From: Octopus bimaculoides
Taxonomy: Eukaryota
Direction: 5' to 3'
DNA: 37,423 nt
Assembly: GCF_001194135.2 (NCBI RefSeq)
Contig: NC_068986.1
Coordinates: 12,089,709 to 12,127,131, forward strand
Made by a program: the position numbers and the translations under genes. Numbering within the stretch: the first letter of the stretch is position 1; every line of letters starts with the position of its first letter. Positions 34,920 to 37,423 of this stretch are shown here, piece after piece. The notes beneath the pieces were generated by a model. That model made no database searches and was not told the DNA's origin. It saw only the letters and a program-made list of their open reading frames with translations.

Positions 34920-36118
34920 GTTCTGCTTCAATTTAAATGAGTCGTACCCAGGCCTCGACGAGAGACGTCAAGGGACAACAAGGTTTTGCATCTATACATA
35001 CCATGCAATTGAAAAAATAAAACTGATATCTGTGGGAAGAAAAAGACATTAAACGGGTTGCATTTGCATTGAGAGGAATTTACTTAGAATACGTGAAGTT
35101 CTTGCTTATTTGTTTACCCCTCTTGATATCATTCCAACTGTCCTAGAAACGATAGGTAATGTTGTTGCTTTGAGAGACCACATTCTGATTTCTATCGCTC
35201 TGTCCTTTGCTCAATTCCTCAAAGATTTTCAGAGATGCGTTTTCATCATCTGGGGATGCAACAACAATCAAAAGACAAAGCTTTTTAACATCACTTTTCA
35301 CAATGATATTTGGTCGGTTAGCTTCTTGTTCCCGATCAGTCTGAACACTGAAATTCCAAAGGAAGGAACTTCCGTATCCTGGACAACTTGTGTTGGTTTG
35401 TGTTCTTAGAAATTCTCCTTGTGCGGCAGTGTATAAACCTAGCTGCCCTGTCATGTCTTTGCCTCAGCACTGCTGGTGCTAGTCGGTTGCATTCAGAGAT
35501 GATGTGGTCGATTGCCTCTGGCTGTTTCAAAACATTACTCTGGTAATTCCAATTTGGAAGGGACGGATGGTTTGAGACTAGAGCATGTCAACCACAGTTG
35601 AGTAAGAGTTTGATCTACACACGTGTTCCTGGTTCTATTCACGTATTTATCATCTAGTGGTTTTTGCTTCTGTCTTAGTATACAGACAAACTGTTTGTTT
35701 GCCTATATATATATATATATATATACATATATTGGCCTTGTCAGTCGGGGATAAATCTTCAAGTACTGGTTCTTTTAGCTGCATTTCTTGTCGGTAGATA
35801 TTCTTTTCGTCACTGAGTGCAACTCTTTGGTGTATTCATATTTCAGAACCAATTTTAACATCCAGTCATTTGCGAGCTTCAAATAAGCAGAAAACTCCAA
35901 ATCTCAATGTGATTTGACATCGCATTAATTCCCGATCTCTTTCTTTTCTCGGACTTATATATTCGACCTATGCCTGCTTTTCGACGATGGATATAATGCA
36001 TTGTCATCAGCTTTCGGCTTTTGACATCAATTTTCTGAGATAGACCTGTTTATAACATTGAATCTGTAAGTGAGCGGAGGCATAACCAGCGTGTTTATGG
36101 CTTCTGTTTTGTGTCTGG
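34920..36118 (-). mobile_element. R4/Dong-type LINE fragment, family C: post-RT region, CCHC remnant, RLE, 3' UTR
   Basis: Minus, across frameshifts: EAINTLVMPPLTYRFNVI, IDVKSRKLMTMH, KPLDDKY...LTQLWL, EAIDHIISECNRLAPAVLRQRHDRAARFIH, WNFSVQTDREQEANRPNIIVK...LIVVASPDD, RMWSLKATTLPIV, RILSKFLSM. Confidence 0.9.
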
Positions 36119-36137
36119 CATATATATATATATAATC

Positions 36138-36328
36138 AAAATAAGCAACAAGGATATCCAAAGTTAATGCAATACGATCGTTTCATGCGACTCTATTTAT
36201 TTAAGCAATGTGAAGATTACATCAAATGTAAAATGCAGAGCAATCCTCAGCTGCACAAAGATATAGAAATTTACTGAAATTACATTTCAACAGAAGGACA
36301 TATTTTTATAACTACATTTAAACTCTCC
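36138..36328 (-). mobile_element. Penelope-like pLTR remnant, paralog of 5633-5815
   Basis: AAAATAAGCAACAAGGATATC...AAAATGCAGAGCAATCCTCAGCTG shared; contains a hammerhead. Confidence 0.6.
36168..36255 (-). ncRNA. Type I hammerhead ribozyme with intact catalytic core
   Basis: TGCAG-CTGAGGA-59-nt stem II region-GAAAC-GATC-GTA/TTGCA; palindrome ACGATCGT; predicted cut between 36173 and 36172. Confidence 0.7.
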
Positions 36329-36545
36329 TGTATGGTCTGGCTAATTCAAAATGTTTTTTTGTGTATTCTTCCTTTCAACTTGGAGAAATTCGTTTGTATG
36401 GATTCTATGGATATCAACGGATTTCCATATGTATATCCAGTAAAAGGAGAATTCCTGCGTATCATAACATATGGTAGCCAATACCCGTAGAAGGCCTTTG
36501 GAAAGTACGATATAAACTTACTACCCATATGATATTAAATAATAC

Positions 36546-36546
<1 letters not shown>

Positions 36547-36592
<46 letters not shown>

Positions 36593-36616
36593 GTCTACCC
36601 ATCCATCCGTCTGTCC

Positions 36617-36650
<34 letters not shown>

Positions 36651-36781
36651 GTATGTATGTATGTATGTATGTATGTATGTATGTATGTATGTATGTATGT
36701 ATCTGTCTGTCTGTCTGTCTCTCCCTCTCCCCCTCCTCTCTTTATCTCCTTACCTACGTTACTATCTACCTACCTACCTAC

Positions 36782-36839
<58 letters not shown>

Positions 36840-36930
36840 CCTCTGTCTACAAACACACATAAAGAGAGAGAGAGAGAGAGAGAGGGGAGGGAGAGAGAGT
36901 GAGAGAGAGAGCGCGAGAGAGCGAGAGAGA
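36547..36930. repeat. Compound microsatellite (TCTA/TCTG/TATG/CTAC/AG)
   Basis: Direct reading; source of ORF 36529-37155. Confidence 0.95.
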
Positions 36931-37423
36931 ATCACCACACACATATATATGCAAGTTATGTCATGTGACACATGCGGCGTCGTATCTTTACGCTATATGA
37001 AACTGACTCGTCACAAAAATGTTCGTAATATTAACACTGTGGCGACAGTAATTATTTGTAACCATGCGTGTGATGTCTGCGCTAGTTATACATTTAAATA
37101 TACTAAGCGACAACACTTTATCACTAACATTAAATTTAACTCTAAAGATTACTAAGGGGGTAATTTATTAAATTAAATCTCCAATTAATATTGCTTCAGA
37201 CATATTAACCTAAATTTTCGTACGCTTGCTTTACTCATCGACACTCACTCCCGACAGTGTTTCAAGTCATCGTAAAATTTGAAGAAAGCAGGCGTTACCA
37301 TCGTCACAATTTCTAAATACTTTCTTGTAAACTGATTTTTAATACTTTTGTGATAACTAGTACTTAACACAACATATCTCATACAAAGCTTTACATTTTA
37401 CTTTTGATAATCTTATATATATA

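Noticed and set aside
35960-36015. Minus-strand CTGATGA...GAAA
   Set aside because: Stems I and III do not form, and the sequence is explained as R4/Dong coding sequence.
1-37423. Long ORFs made of HT, YI, VC, MYVC, poly-L/F/S/E/T or X runs
   Set aside because: They are translations of microsatellites or run through N-gaps; none is evidence of coding.

Overview
Repeat-saturated, AT-rich eukaryotic draft sequence with about 16 N-gaps, most flanked by microsatellites. The tRNA-derived SINE families and microsatellite load resemble an octopus (coleoid cephalopod) genome; this is recognition from memory, not a database result. I found no host protein-coding gene, rRNA, true tRNA gene or CRISPR array. 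Nearly all long ORFs in the supplied track are microsatellite translations or run through N-gaps. Recognisable content is a transposon graveyard: four mariner relics, seven fragments of R4/Dong-type (restriction-like endonuclease) LINEs from about four families, a probable CR1/L2 relic, two Helitron-like non-autonomous elements, an RTE-tailed SINE and many tRNA SINEs. The most interesting signal is in the RNA structure. There are seven minimal type I hammerhead-ribozyme-like motifs, most with a palindromic stem III as in Penelope-like elements. Two of them form the arms of a 289-bp foldback, and their consensus has the catalytic C3-G8 pair swapped to G3-C8. The RTE-tailed SINE also holds a triple tandem hairpin plus H-type pseudoknot module with compensatory changes. 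All ribozyme calls are manual folds, untested for activity, and most copies carry lesions.
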